A stretch of DNA of 64,000 bases, taken from an uncultured virus (IMG/VR IMGVR_UViG_3300010885_015975) (lineage: Duplodnaviria; Heunggongvirae; Uroviricota; Caudoviricetes). Position numbers and translations under genes: made by a program. The notes under the pieces are model-generated. The model had not been told where the DNA came from, ran no database searches, and saw only the letters and a list, made by a program, of their open reading frames with translations. Location of the stretch: the IMG/VR virus record IMGVR_UViG_3300010885_015975; one strand, 5' to 3'. Position 1 is the first letter of the stretch; the number at the start of each line of letters is the position of its first letter. Of the stretch, positions 48,401 through 58,300 are shown piece by piece.

Positions 48401-51400
48401 TGAAGAGTTGGTATTGTTAGATAAAATTACAGCTAATTTTGGTAATCTAACAGACAGTTTGGAAGGTAAAGAAAAAAACAATGTTATAGCATATCATCTT
48501 GAGAAGTCTAGATTCCGTGTATTAAGAGATGAATATATTGAGATTGAAGATCCAAGTAATCTTGAAAGGAGTAATCTTTTTAAGTTAAATGATGGTGGTA
48601 ACAGTATTTCATCTAAAGAACTAGCTAGTGAAGACACTATGATGTTATTAGCTAGTATCTTTAAAGTATCCAAAGAAAATGGTGAGGTTGTAATCAGTAG
48701 AGATGGTCTTTTTGGCCTCCCTGTATTACAAGATATTAACATTACTTGGAATAAACTTGCTAAAATTTTAGAAGGTTCATTTGATGAAATGGATATGTAT
48801 TCAAGAATCTTTGAAAATTCTGAAAATTATCCAGAGCTTGAACAATTACAAAAGTTATTACCAAATCCTTTTTTCAATGATAAAACTGCTCTAGGTCAGT
48901 ATACTCCAATGGAATTTTCTTCTGAGACTAATTTCTGGCAAGACTTTAAGAAACCAAGAATCCCTTATATACAGCTTAACTTAAACAAAGAAGAAGCTAG
49001 AGCTGAGGAAGGTGTAAGTAAATCTTTTGAAGCCCGTGTTGCAAAAGCTAACTTTGATGTATACCAGGTAATTCAGGATTGGAAGACTAATTTTATGAAT
49101 GCTGATAGTACAATTAACCCATATGTATCAAAAGATAAATATGGTAATAACATATTGAACACAGCTAAAATTGTAAAAGACTTTGGTACTGATGGTAGAT
49201 TTAACTATCGTAAAGCTAATGAGTTCTTACAAGCTATTGGTATTGTATTGGATCAGTCTAGTTCTGCAATCAAAGAAATGATTAACAACAGAACTACACC
49301 ATTCAGTACAACATTTGGTGTTGATAGAATGTATGAGGTGATTAAAAAAGTAAACAAAAGTTCATCAGCAGATGCATTCTTGTTTAAGAAAGATCCACTT
49401 ACATACTTAATTAATGGTCTTCCTGAATCACTTAGAGACAATCAATCTCAAAGTGACGAAGTAAGAGGTAGAATCAGAGCTTTAGCAGGAATTCAAAATG
49501 CATTTTCTGATAGTTATTCAAACTTTAGTGTACAAACTCCTGAAGGAAACAGAGTGTGGGAGCACATGGTTGATAACACTATTACAAGAATAGTTACAGC
49601 TATTAATTATGCTGACAACTGGCAACAACTTACAACAGCTGAGGCTGATCCAAATGGAAGATTTAAACACATGAGATGGTTAAATGAATCTAACAATACA
49701 TTTAGTCCATTTTCAAAACTGTTAACTTCTATATTTGATTTAGACCCTATGTCTCCAACATATGGACAAAAGATTTCTGATTCAAAAATTACATTACAGA
49801 ATGTAGCTGGTACTCAGATGGTAAGTCGTAGAAATGAAGGAGGTACTTCTACAGCATCAATGGATGCTACTAGTAAATACTTACAAGAGTTTCATACGAT
49901 GTTATTAAGTGGTGTTGAAGAATTCATGAGACATGCTTCTAAAAACACTGCAATGGGTATGTCTATTGATGGTGATATCAAAACTTATAATGGTAAAAAA
50001 GCTTCTAAACTTTATGTAGACATGGAGTCTTTCTTACCTTATGCTGATGGTACAATCAAGTCATATGATATCATTGAAGGTTACCTAACTGGTGAAGCTA
50101 ATAGAATTTTTAGATTCCAACAGGATCTTGACAAATTTGAAAATTATGCTGGATACAATAGAAAAGTAAAAAGAAAAGATGGTAAGAAAACTTCAGTTAT
50201 GGCTGGACAAGCATTTACTGCATTTGATGACATCCTTTCACAAACTACACAAAAAGAATTGTATTCTATAATTGATGCAGCTTCAGATAATAAATTATCT
50301 GATTTTAATTTAATGACTGAGTTGGATAACAACCCAACCTTAAGAGATTTAATTAGAAAAGATGTTGAAAAATACTTTGATATTGATACAGATGCTAATT
50401 ATGCTAGACTTCAAAAAGCTAAATATGTAGATAAAGGATTAATAGAAAGAATCCGTGTTACAAATGATGAACTTACTGAAAAAGATATAGAAACTGCATT
50501 AGTAAAAGCTTATACCTATAACTCTTTCATTCACAAGATGGAGACTGTTATCATTGCATATGGAGATTTAGTACAATACAATCATGCTAAAGAAGAGTTC
50601 CATAAACGTAATGCAGGTCTTGCATCCGGTGGTAAAGGGTTTAGAGCAGATAAAAGAGCACAGATTTATGTTAGTTCTTTGAAGAACTATTATGCTGATA
50701 GAAGAGGTTATGCCGTAAGAAATTATGATGGTACTTTACAAACAGCAATCATAAGAGAAATGCAATTCAATTCTGTCATGTACAATGAGTACAGAGATTC
50801 AATTGAAGAAACCATTTATGCAAGAACTAAGAATAGAAAGTTAGCAAAAGAAAATGCTGACAAAGCAGCAGCTGAGTATTTTTCTACTGATAAACCACAG
50901 ATGAAAATTGCTGATGGTCAAGGTATTGTATCATTTGAGACTTATAGAAGATTAAAAAATCTAGAAGGTAACTGGGGTGATCCACAAGAGTTGTTATATA
51001 GAAAAGTTTCTATGGGTGAAAATATTACTGCAGAAGATGTAGTAGAATTTTTCCCTCCATATAAGTTACAGTATTTTGGAAATATAGAATCAACAGGTCT
51101 TCCTGTAAACTCTTTCCATAAGTTCTCACTTGCTCCTATTATTCCTGGAGTAGCAAAAGAGGGTACTCCGATGTATGACTTACATGAAAAAATGATGAAA
51201 GATCAGATAGACTATGTTCTATTTGAATCTGGTTCTAAAGTAGGTCATATTGGAAAAGGTGATGTTGTATTAAATCCTGATGGTACATTTGATAAAAACT
51301 CAAAATTTACAGTAAATACTATTTATGCTGAGTTTTTGAAAAATCAAACCGAGGTAAATGCAACTTTTAAAGGTAAGTCAATCTTCTCAACACAGTTAAG

Positions 51401-54400
51401 AAAATTAATTCTTGAAGGGCTTTACCAACAAGGTAAAATCAAGTCTACAAAATATCAAGATATTACAGAAGAAAGAGTAAAGAAATACATTAACCACGTA
51501 GAAGAATATACTAATCTATTAAAGATAGAGCTTCTTGAAGAGATGGGTTATGAAGAAACTACACCTGGAGAATACAAAGCTAAAGACAAATCAAGTATTG
51601 CAAAACTAGTAAACATGATCAGAACTAATCTTGAAAGAGAAGAAGTTTTGAGTGATGATCTTATTGAGTTTATAGATGTATTTGACAACAATGGGGATTT
51701 AATTCATGATCTTTCTTTCCATCCTGAAGCTGCTAAGATAGAGAAGTTATTACTTTCTATGATTAACAAAAGAGTAATCAAGCAGAAAGTTACAGGAGAA
51801 CCCCTGGTACAAGTATCTGTTGGTTTGTATGCAAATCAATTTACAGAGCCTGATTTAAGAAAAGCAAGTAAAGATGAGATCAAAAAATGGGCCTCTACAA
51901 CGTACTTATTACCTACATATCATAAAAAAGCAAATGGTTATACTGCTGCTGCAAAAGTTATGATAGCAATGCAGGGATCATATTATAATTTATTTAACTT
52001 AGAATATGCTAATGACGAGACTGTAGGAGTTTATCTAGAAGATGGTACACTTGACATGGACAAATCATTGGCAAGACTAAATGAAAAAATTAAAGATGAC
52101 TCTTGGTTAGATGCTAATGAAGGAGCTGTTAGAAAAGCAATTACTCTTGTAGGTGTACGTATTCCTGTACAAGGTCTTAACTCTATGGAGTTTGCTGAGG
52201 TGTTTGAATTCTTACCTCCACAAGCTGGTAATATTATTATTCCACCAGCAGAAATTGTTGCTAAGTCAGGGGGTGACTTTGATATTGATAAACTTACAAT
52301 TTTCATGAACACACTTGATGAGGATGGTAATGTAATTAAACGTAATTATAAAGACAATCAAGCAATAAAAAATCTTAGAGGTACTGACAATTTTGCTAAA
52401 GCTGTTAAAGAACAAAAAGCTGCATTAGAAAATGAACTCATAGAAGATATCAGAAACATTCTTGAGCTTCCTGATAACTATTCATCTCTAATTATGCCGA
52501 ATGGTACATTTATTCTCAAGGGTATTGCTGAAAAATTATCAGATAAAGTTTCAGAGTACAATCCTAAGACTAATAAAATGACAGAAAATACTGGAGAAAT
52601 TAGTCCTACAAGAGTATTAGAAGCAATGTATAACATATACAAACATGAATCTAATATTGTAGGTAAGAAAACTCTAGGTCTTGGTGCTATTGAAAACACT
52701 TTCAATGTTATTATGAATTCACTTGGTGCTTATATGCCAGATGAATACACTTTAAAGAAAGAGTTGAGAAAAAGTAACATGAGATTAAGAAACAATAAAA
52801 TGACAGTAGACGGCAAAGAAGTCATCTCTATGTCAGATTTATATGATGTTGATGGTATTAATAAGATAGGAGATGTTATTTCTCAAATGATGAATGGATG
52901 GGTGGATGTTGAAAAAGATGCTTGGATTTTCTTTATTCAAGGAAATTATGAGGTGGCTCCAACATTGCTTTACTTAGTTAAAGCTGGTGTACCTGTTCAA
53001 GAAGCAATCTATTTTGTATCTAATCCATTGGTAAGAGAGTATGTAGATGAACAACGTCTTGCTAAGTCTACCTTTGCTGATGTACTTAATAAGAAACCAG
53101 ATAGTCCAGGTTTAGTAAAATACAAAGCTGCATCTGAAGTTATTAGAAATCATTTTGATAAAGCTGAGTTAGCTAAAAACTCTAGTAATGATGCTAGATA
53201 CTTGAAAGGACAAGAGTTATTGGATGATCACTTTAAAAACAGAAAAGAAAAAACATTTACTGAAAGGGAAATGGAAGATCTTATTAACAGCAATGATAAA
53301 GATAGTGCAATTGCAAAAGCTATGTTCTTACATTATCTTGAGTTGGAGCAACAAATTTCTGGATACACAGCACTTAAAATGAGTTCTAATCCAGATACAG
53401 CTACTAAGTCTACTCTTTCTGATGTAGAGCAAAGTGAGGCTAATATTGAAGAGTTAGAGTTTGATTCAAGAATTCCAAGAGAAATTTTGAATAGTATGAT
53501 GAATGACTCTATCATTAGTTCTTTCTTTAACGGACCTATGGCCTTAGCTGTAAGTAGACCATTATTTAAATTAAGATACCACAAGCAGATTAGTGACTAT
53601 TTAATTGCAAGAAAGAATCAGATTAAAAATGAACTTGAAACAACTTTCCCTGGTAAGAACATTGAAATGTTTAGCAATGTCTTCAGAAATGATATTGTAA
53701 GTTTCATTTTACAGAATGCCCTTAGAAAATACAAAGCTGAAGAAGGATTTATGTCTTTAAACATGGAGACTAAAATCCCTACTGCACTTGTAAAAGAACT
53801 TAAGAGAGGTGCATTTGTTAAAAGTGGTACTTTATATGTAGATGTTAAACAGTTGCAAAAAGAATTTAAAGCAAAAGCTTGGATTGAAGGATCAGATTCA
53901 GAAAATAGTTATGAAGATAGAGGCTTATACCCACTACATCCATCAACATTTATGAATAATGAAGAAACAAACTTTAGTGAATATCAAAAATTTGTTTCAG
54001 AACGAGAATACTTAAGATCAATATACCCTCTTACAACGGACTACTCTACATCAGTAGAATTCCAAGAGGAACTAAAAACTACAAAAGAACTCTTACCTGA
54101 TTTATCTAATGAAAAAGCTGTAAGATATACATATGAAAAACTATTGGCCATAAAAGCTTTAGATAACTCATATAACTTCTTCAACTTATTCCAAGATAGT
54201 GACAATGCTTTTGCTGTAAGAATGTCTAAGTTGTTACAAAATAATCCTGAGCTTGCAAAAGACTACCCAGTATTGAGTAAATTAAAACTTGATTCAGATA
54301 AAACTGAGACTGCATTCAATATCTTATTAGCTGATAAGGATTTTGACAATGATAAGTCAAATCTTTATAGTAATGATCTTAAAAGATTGGCTGATCCAAC

Positions 54401-55379
54401 TGTACAAAAAGTTAGTGATCCACAAGAAAATGCTAGAATTAGTGACATGTTTAAGTACTTAAGCACATTTGCTTTCTTACAAACAGGTCTTAACAAAACT
54501 AAATTAAGCTTTACAAACATTGTTGACTACACAGACTTCTTAACTATTGTAGAAGATGAGGTTGGTAAATTCACAGATGCATTAGATAAAAAAGGATTTA
54601 CTGTATTAGACAATTTCTATGACCAGTTTATTAGACAAAACTCAGTTACTAATCTAAATAAAAATAGATTCAAAGACTATTTATCAGGTATGGATTATGC
54701 TAATCCTGAAAGAATTAGTCCTACAGTTACACCTACACCGCAAAGAGGTGAGCAAACTGCTGAAGAAGACTCTACTAATATGGATACTACAGCTGAAGTA
54801 AAAAGACTTGGTTTGAGATCTACAGATAAAGAAGGAGTATTTATGTATAATGATAGCAATGCTAAAAACATATACTATTACACTAACATAGGTAAGAATA
54901 ACCCGGATGTAGTGTTCATACACAACACAAGTGTGTATGAAATTAAACCTGAGCAAATTGCAAAAGGTACTAATCTAGGTGGTGCATCTAACTTTATGTC
55001 AGAAATACCTAGCATGTCTATTAATTTTCCAACTAATTTATTTGCAAGTGTTGTTAATGGTAAACAAGTTGAGCTTAGTCCTGACCAATACCAAACACTA
55101 AAAAATATTTGGGAAAAAAGAATTAATATAATCAAACAAATTCAAGATAAAGATGGTAAAATTGCATTTCCAGAGTATGGATTTGGTGATCCTAACATCA
55201 TGCCTCAAGAATTATTTGTATATTTAAGTAAGAGGTTATTTGAAGAGTTTCAATATGTTAATCCAGGTTCTACTAAGTATGACCAAATGAGAGACTTAGT
55301 GAGTGCAAGTCAAGGAATTTCAGATGCTGAAATATTAATACAATTGGAATTAGAAGAAGATCCGTTTAAATGTTCATAA
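45411..55379 (+). CDS. Virion-packaged two-barrel DNA-dependent RNA polymerase (crAss-like, phi14:2 gp66 type) with N-terminal zincin domain
   Basis: 3322 aa; catalytic GGDFDIDK (DFDID 52275-52289) preceded by RIPVQG; ADGQG, PYK.QY and HKFS motifs; HEAWH at 47739-47753. Confidence 0.9.
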   Translation: MACSLNREQVLDLYEVLYGEVSDRLGDSELPAIDLNKIVQDTYNVVKEATGDQVKAMLYAQAIPDVFHLVTQDNEANDYLVDNGFDFTALAKMRKKYADLTEVGKDIATKKKGKQQIDSEIKNTNKTKKDFVPEVDEKEFWSFNEDNGAKVSTPWATSIQIAFAGNPETLSEEERNNIDPEKKLFSDVVKAIVEIAKQRTGTEEIEYNGVILALTTQLTRNISPELLTADDRAFLEKNPNDTGIAAVITDSKGSLVYFKPDGTITDNPAEGKIVYQYLRKINLVDGKLLLSNRSNRHYNLVQPEVIARRQADIIEQESNGKVKVTEAEFQKLVKSIKDRQDREMNELYQLRKLIEESNGDLQIILPILGGTFGIPRTAVKTMTLEEAGLTEEDIKNYTGITTGKDSGKQYVIIQKTKAGGLNVDQEVFLQRSDIDQSLAEQLATVLTTTAKLKGRELTPDERKAYFEIFINNALMKDPKTGYKTNLPYNRDRIRAKVLIVNNEKTFFVELNGKEIPQDVLFTETGKKLIVEHLLSARPKDKVKDEFWPANVQYNNKYKGKTFTEYTIEGDKITESSKDYFDAIKPYVKVTYTTETNAYENGMNAYLTYAIPEGTVEFDGIIPVGRPKPTQSQPTTKAKVDKEAPKAFPKKQPRTKQVTATKTSPKTETEAKAINIQNNPATRVSLLDDIINGSSNSALYKKKGLDRSKLRDKFLDKVFTSKADRQKAETWWKNSPLSKFISLERMTEVVNSDAFATWSGYGITLYEADGGTMVDVYHEAWHGFSQLFLTLDQKIELYEKVSKLPKYKGKTFSKQEDYEEIEEDIAEEFRSYAKSKGKKEVKGFFAKIFDTIYKFLQKIFGKTTKKEVATNLQDIESVKELFDNLYRASENPEILSNLKPSMDNVMFGKLNRSKIINDNFTLEESKKISDAMDSMMSVIFQAHNRDFNTTAAALKLLKDPENKTDLYKDIYDRFERLRIAYVSDLEADDELLTDPKFFEELVLLDKITANFGNLTDSLEGKEKNNVIAYHLEKSRFRVLRDEYIEIEDPSNLERSNLFKLNDGGNSISSKELASEDTMMLLASIFKVSKENGEVVISRDGLFGLPVLQDINITWNKLAKILEGSFDEMDMYSRIFENSENYPELEQLQKLLPNPFFNDKTALGQYTPMEFSSETNFWQDFKKPRIPYIQLNLNKEEARAEEGVSKSFEARVAKANFDVYQVIQDWKTNFMNADSTINPYVSKDKYGNNILNTAKIVKDFGTDGRFNYRKANEFLQAIGIVLDQSSSAIKEMINNRTTPFSTTFGVDRMYEVIKKVNKSSSADAFLFKKDPLTYLINGLPESLRDNQSQSDEVRGRIRALAGIQNAFSDSYSNFSVQTPEGNRVWEHMVDNTITRIVTAINYADNWQQLTTAEADPNGRFKHMRWLNESNNTFSPFSKLLTSIFDLDPMSPTYGQKISDSKITLQNVAGTQMVSRRNEGGTSTASMDATSKYLQEFHTMLLSGVEEFMRHASKNTAMGMSIDGDIKTYNGKKASKLYVDMESFLPYADGTIKSYDIIEGYLTGEANRIFRFQQDLDKFENYAGYNRKVKRKDGKKTSVMAGQAFTAFDDILSQTTQKELYSIIDAASDNKLSDFNLMTELDNNPTLRDLIRKDVEKYFDIDTDANYARLQKAKYVDKGLIERIRVTNDELTEKDIETALVKAYTYNSFIHKMETVIIAYGDLVQYNHAKEEFHKRNAGLASGGKGFRADKRAQIYVSSLKNYYADRRGYAVRNYDGTLQTAIIREMQFNSVMYNEYRDSIEETIYARTKNRKLAKENADKAAAEYFSTDKPQMKIADGQGIVSFETYRRLKNLEGNWGDPQELLYRKVSMGENITAEDVVEFFPPYKLQYFGNIESTGLPVNSFHKFSLAPIIPGVAKEGTPMYDLHEKMMKDQIDYVLFESGSKVGHIGKGDVVLNPDGTFDKNSKFTVNTIYAEFLKNQTEVNATFKGKSIFSTQLRKLILEGLYQQGKIKSTKYQDITEERVKKYINHVEEYTNLLKIELLEEMGYEETTPGEYKAKDKSSIAKLVNMIRTNLEREEVLSDDLIEFIDVFDNNGDLIHDLSFHPEAAKIEKLLLSMINKRVIKQKVTGEPLVQVSVGLYANQFTEPDLRKASKDEIKKWASTTYLLPTYHKKANGYTAAAKVMIAMQGSYYNLFNLEYANDETVGVYLEDGTLDMDKSLARLNEKIKDDSWLDANEGAVRKAITLVGVRIPVQGLNSMEFAEVFEFLPPQAGNIIIPPAEIVAKSGGDFDIDKLTIFMNTLDEDGNVIKRNYKDNQAIKNLRGTDNFAKAVKEQKAALENELIEDIRNILELPDNYSSLIMPNGTFILKGIAEKLSDKVSEYNPKTNKMTENTGEISPTRVLEAMYNIYKHESNIVGKKTLGLGAIENTFNVIMNSLGAYMPDEYTLKKELRKSNMRLRNNKMTVDGKEVISMSDLYDVDGINKIGDVISQMMNGWVDVEKDAWIFFIQGNYEVAPTLLYLVKAGVPVQEAIYFVSNPLVREYVDEQRLAKSTFADVLNKKPDSPGLVKYKAASEVIRNHFDKAELAKNSSNDARYLKGQELLDDHFKNRKEKTFTEREMEDLINSNDKDSAIAKAMFLHYLELEQQISGYTALKMSSNPDTATKSTLSDVEQSEANIEELEFDSRIPREILNSMMNDSIISSFFNGPMALAVSRPLFKLRYHKQISDYLIARKNQIKNELETTFPGKNIEMFSNVFRNDIVSFILQNALRKYKAEEGFMSLNMETKIPTALVKELKRGAFVKSGTLYVDVKQLQKEFKAKAWIEGSDSENSYEDRGLYPLHPSTFMNNEETNFSEYQKFVSEREYLRSIYPLTTDYSTSVEFQEELKTTKELLPDLSNEKAVRYTYEKLLAIKALDNSYNFFNLFQDSDNAFAVRMSKLLQNNPELAKDYPVLSKLKLDSDKTETAFNILLADKDFDNDKSNLYSNDLKRLADPTVQKVSDPQENARISDMFKYLSTFAFLQTGLNKTKLSFTNIVDYTDFLTIVEDEVGKFTDALDKKGFTVLDNFYDQFIRQNSVTNLNKNRFKDYLSGMDYANPERISPTVTPTPQRGEQTAEEDSTNMDTTAEVKRLGLRSTDKEGVFMYNDSNAKNIYYYTNIGKNNPDVVFIHNTSVYEIKPEQIAKGTNLGGASNFMSEIPSMSINFPTNLFASVVNGKQVELSPDQYQTLKNIWEKRINIIKQIQDKDGKIAFPEYGFGDPNIMPQELFVYLSKRLFEEFQYVNPGSTKYDQMRDLVSASQGISDAEILIQLELEEDPFKCS

Positions 55380-55380
55380 T

Positions 55381-58300
55381 ATGGTATGCCAGGTACAATT
55401 AAATTCAATTAAGTTTTTACAAGATAAAGGAGCTACAAATGATGTTAGAAGAATCATCAATGAAGATCTTTTTGATAAGTTAAATGATCAGATAACAGCA
55501 TTAGCTGAAACAAAGTATGGTTTAAAAACTGATGGTACTAAGTTATTTAGTATGAACATGTCTGAGCATGTGGATCCACAAAGATCTACCTACTACAGAG
55601 ATGCTAAGGTTAGAATACTTAGAGCTGAACCTAACGTAAAACTTTTTGAGAGATTACAGGACTTGTATAATGCAAGACCAGATGATGCAATGATGATTAA
55701 AGATATGCCAAATGCTTTAGATAATCCTAAAGTAGATCAATCTTTACAAAAGATCAATGGTGTATTATTTATGGATGTTAAACTTGATGAATTACAAAGT
55801 CAAAGATCACAAGAAATTGCTGAAGTACTTGCACAAAGACTATCTAAAGGTATTGGTGCACAATTTGAAAACATTACACAAGAAGAGGCTGCTAACATTT
55901 TAAAAAACAGAGCCGTTAAATACAATGGAGAAGCAGCATTCTATTATGCTGGCACTGTATATATAGTAGGTGACAATGTAAATGTAAGAACGGTGCTTCA
56001 CGAATTCTCTCACCCGATATTACAGGGACTGAGAAAAACAAACAACATCCTATTTCAGAAACTATATGATCAAGCATTAGCTACAGAAGAAGGTCAAGGT
56101 ATTAAGTACTATGTACTAAATAACTATCCTGAACTAGAAGAGAACTCTGATTTATTTAAGGAAGAAGTTCTTGCATATGCTATGCAGTTAAGAGCATTGA
56201 ATAGAATCAATAATGAACTAGAGACAGAAGGTTACCAAAGTTTCATGAACAAGTTATTGGCTGCTATTAAACAGTTGTTGAGAGGCTTGTTTGGAGCAAA
56301 GGTAAACGTGGCAAAACTAGATGTGGATACTACATTAGAGGAGTTATCAGATATGCTCTTAGATAAAGACTTTGAGTTTAAAACTGATAATATTACTGAA
56401 GAGGATCTGGTTATGTTCTCACGGAATGTTGTTGACCGAGCAAAAGAACTAAATAAGTTTTCTAATGCAGAGTCACAACTCAAAGTAGTCAGGGAAATAT
56501 ATGAAACCAATAGAAGAATTCTTACAGAAGCTGAGAACTTTAAAGGAGACAAAGCTTCAAAAAAATTCTTAAAGGAGTCATTATTTGAAAAGGGAACAAA
56601 TAGATACTTACGTGAAGTTGTTAGTACACTAAAAGACAATCTTAATGTAGACACTGAAAGTTTTACAGAAGATGAAATGATTCAAAATGCATTAGATGCT
56701 GCTAAAGGGGCCCTAGATGTAGACCTTCAAAGAGCAGTAGCATTGGTAAATACATTAGATAATATCAACAGCATGACCCAAAACATGTTACTTGATGTTT
56801 CAAGAATCAGCAATACCAATATAAACAATAGAAGTACTATTGCTTTGTTGATGTTATACAAACAAAATTCAAAAGCATGGTTGAAAATGATTCAAGCAAT
56901 TGATGATTCTCTTTCACCAAATGGTCAGTTGATTGAAAGTAATAATCCTTTCTATCAAACCTTGAATGAGATAGTATTAAACATTACAAGAATCAATACC
57001 AATATTGCAAATATCCTTAAGAACAATAACATACAGTTCTATGTAGAAATTACTGGATACATGTCTAAGTATATTCAAGATAGACTTAAAGGTAACCTTG
57101 GTATTGCATTAAAACAAACTTTCTCTGCAGATCAGTTAGAGAAAGAAGTTGATGACTTATATAACAAAGTTGTTCAACAAACTCTTACTGATGCTGATGT
57201 GGATGCATTAGTACAGAAAGGTATTCCTGCGGATGTTTTAAAAGGATTTCTCAAGGAATACAAGGATTTAGTTGTTGATGAAGATAAGATTAGAGCAGCT
57301 CTTACAGGAGGAGCTCAAGATGTTAGTTGGTTTAATAGATGGTTAGAAAGCTATAGTTCAAGTAATGATGTTATAGTAGGACCATTAGCAATGTTTATTC
57401 AGAATGAAAGAACCCAGGTACAAAATGTTGTTTGGGAACAATCCATGAAATTCAGAAAGAAACTAGAAGAGCTTTTACCTAAAGTAGGATTTAGTAAACT
57501 AAACTCTATTCAGTTAAGAGACAAGCTTGCATTCAAAGATAAGATACTTTATTTTGATAAAGAAACCGGTAAACCTATTGAAAAAGAAGTTTACGCTTAT
57601 CTAGATAAATACAAAGACTATAGATACCACTATGATTTATTAGAGTGGAACATAGAAGAAGCAAAGAAAACTGAAGATCAAACAAAACTTGCTGATGCAC
57701 TTATGGAGTTTGAGCAGTTTAAAAGAGATTTCATGTGGCAAGAGTATGTGCCAGAGTTCTATGAGAAAGATGATATCTTTAAAAAGTCTGAGGTAGGTAA
57801 ATTAGCATACTTTGTTAGAAAGCAAAAGCTGCAAGCTTACAACAACTTACTAAACAGTATGGAGAATGAGTATGAGAGATTTGAAAAATACTCTACTATT
57901 CAAGCTGCATTTAGAGAATTCCAACAATTATATTCTCTTACTTATGAAGATGGTACTTCTAAAGTAGATGATCCAGAGAATGGAATCTATGACTTAAGTA
58001 TTGCTGAAGTTTTACAAGAACATAGAGCTGCTACAAAAGGTTTCTATGAGTGGAGACCTATTGAAGGATTACTACAAAGTGCATACAATGAGTTTGCAGA
58101 TTTATTAGAAACTAAAGAAATCTATCCTGGTTCAGCAGACTTTAAAGCTGAGTTAGAGAAATGGAGAAGACAAAATCTTAGGATGGAGTATGATCCTAGT
58201 TACTGGGAAAGTAGAAATGCATTAGTAACAGAACTTAGAGAACTACAAACTAGAATGAATGAAGCTACTAAATCTAAATTTGATGTAGCTGAAGCATTCC

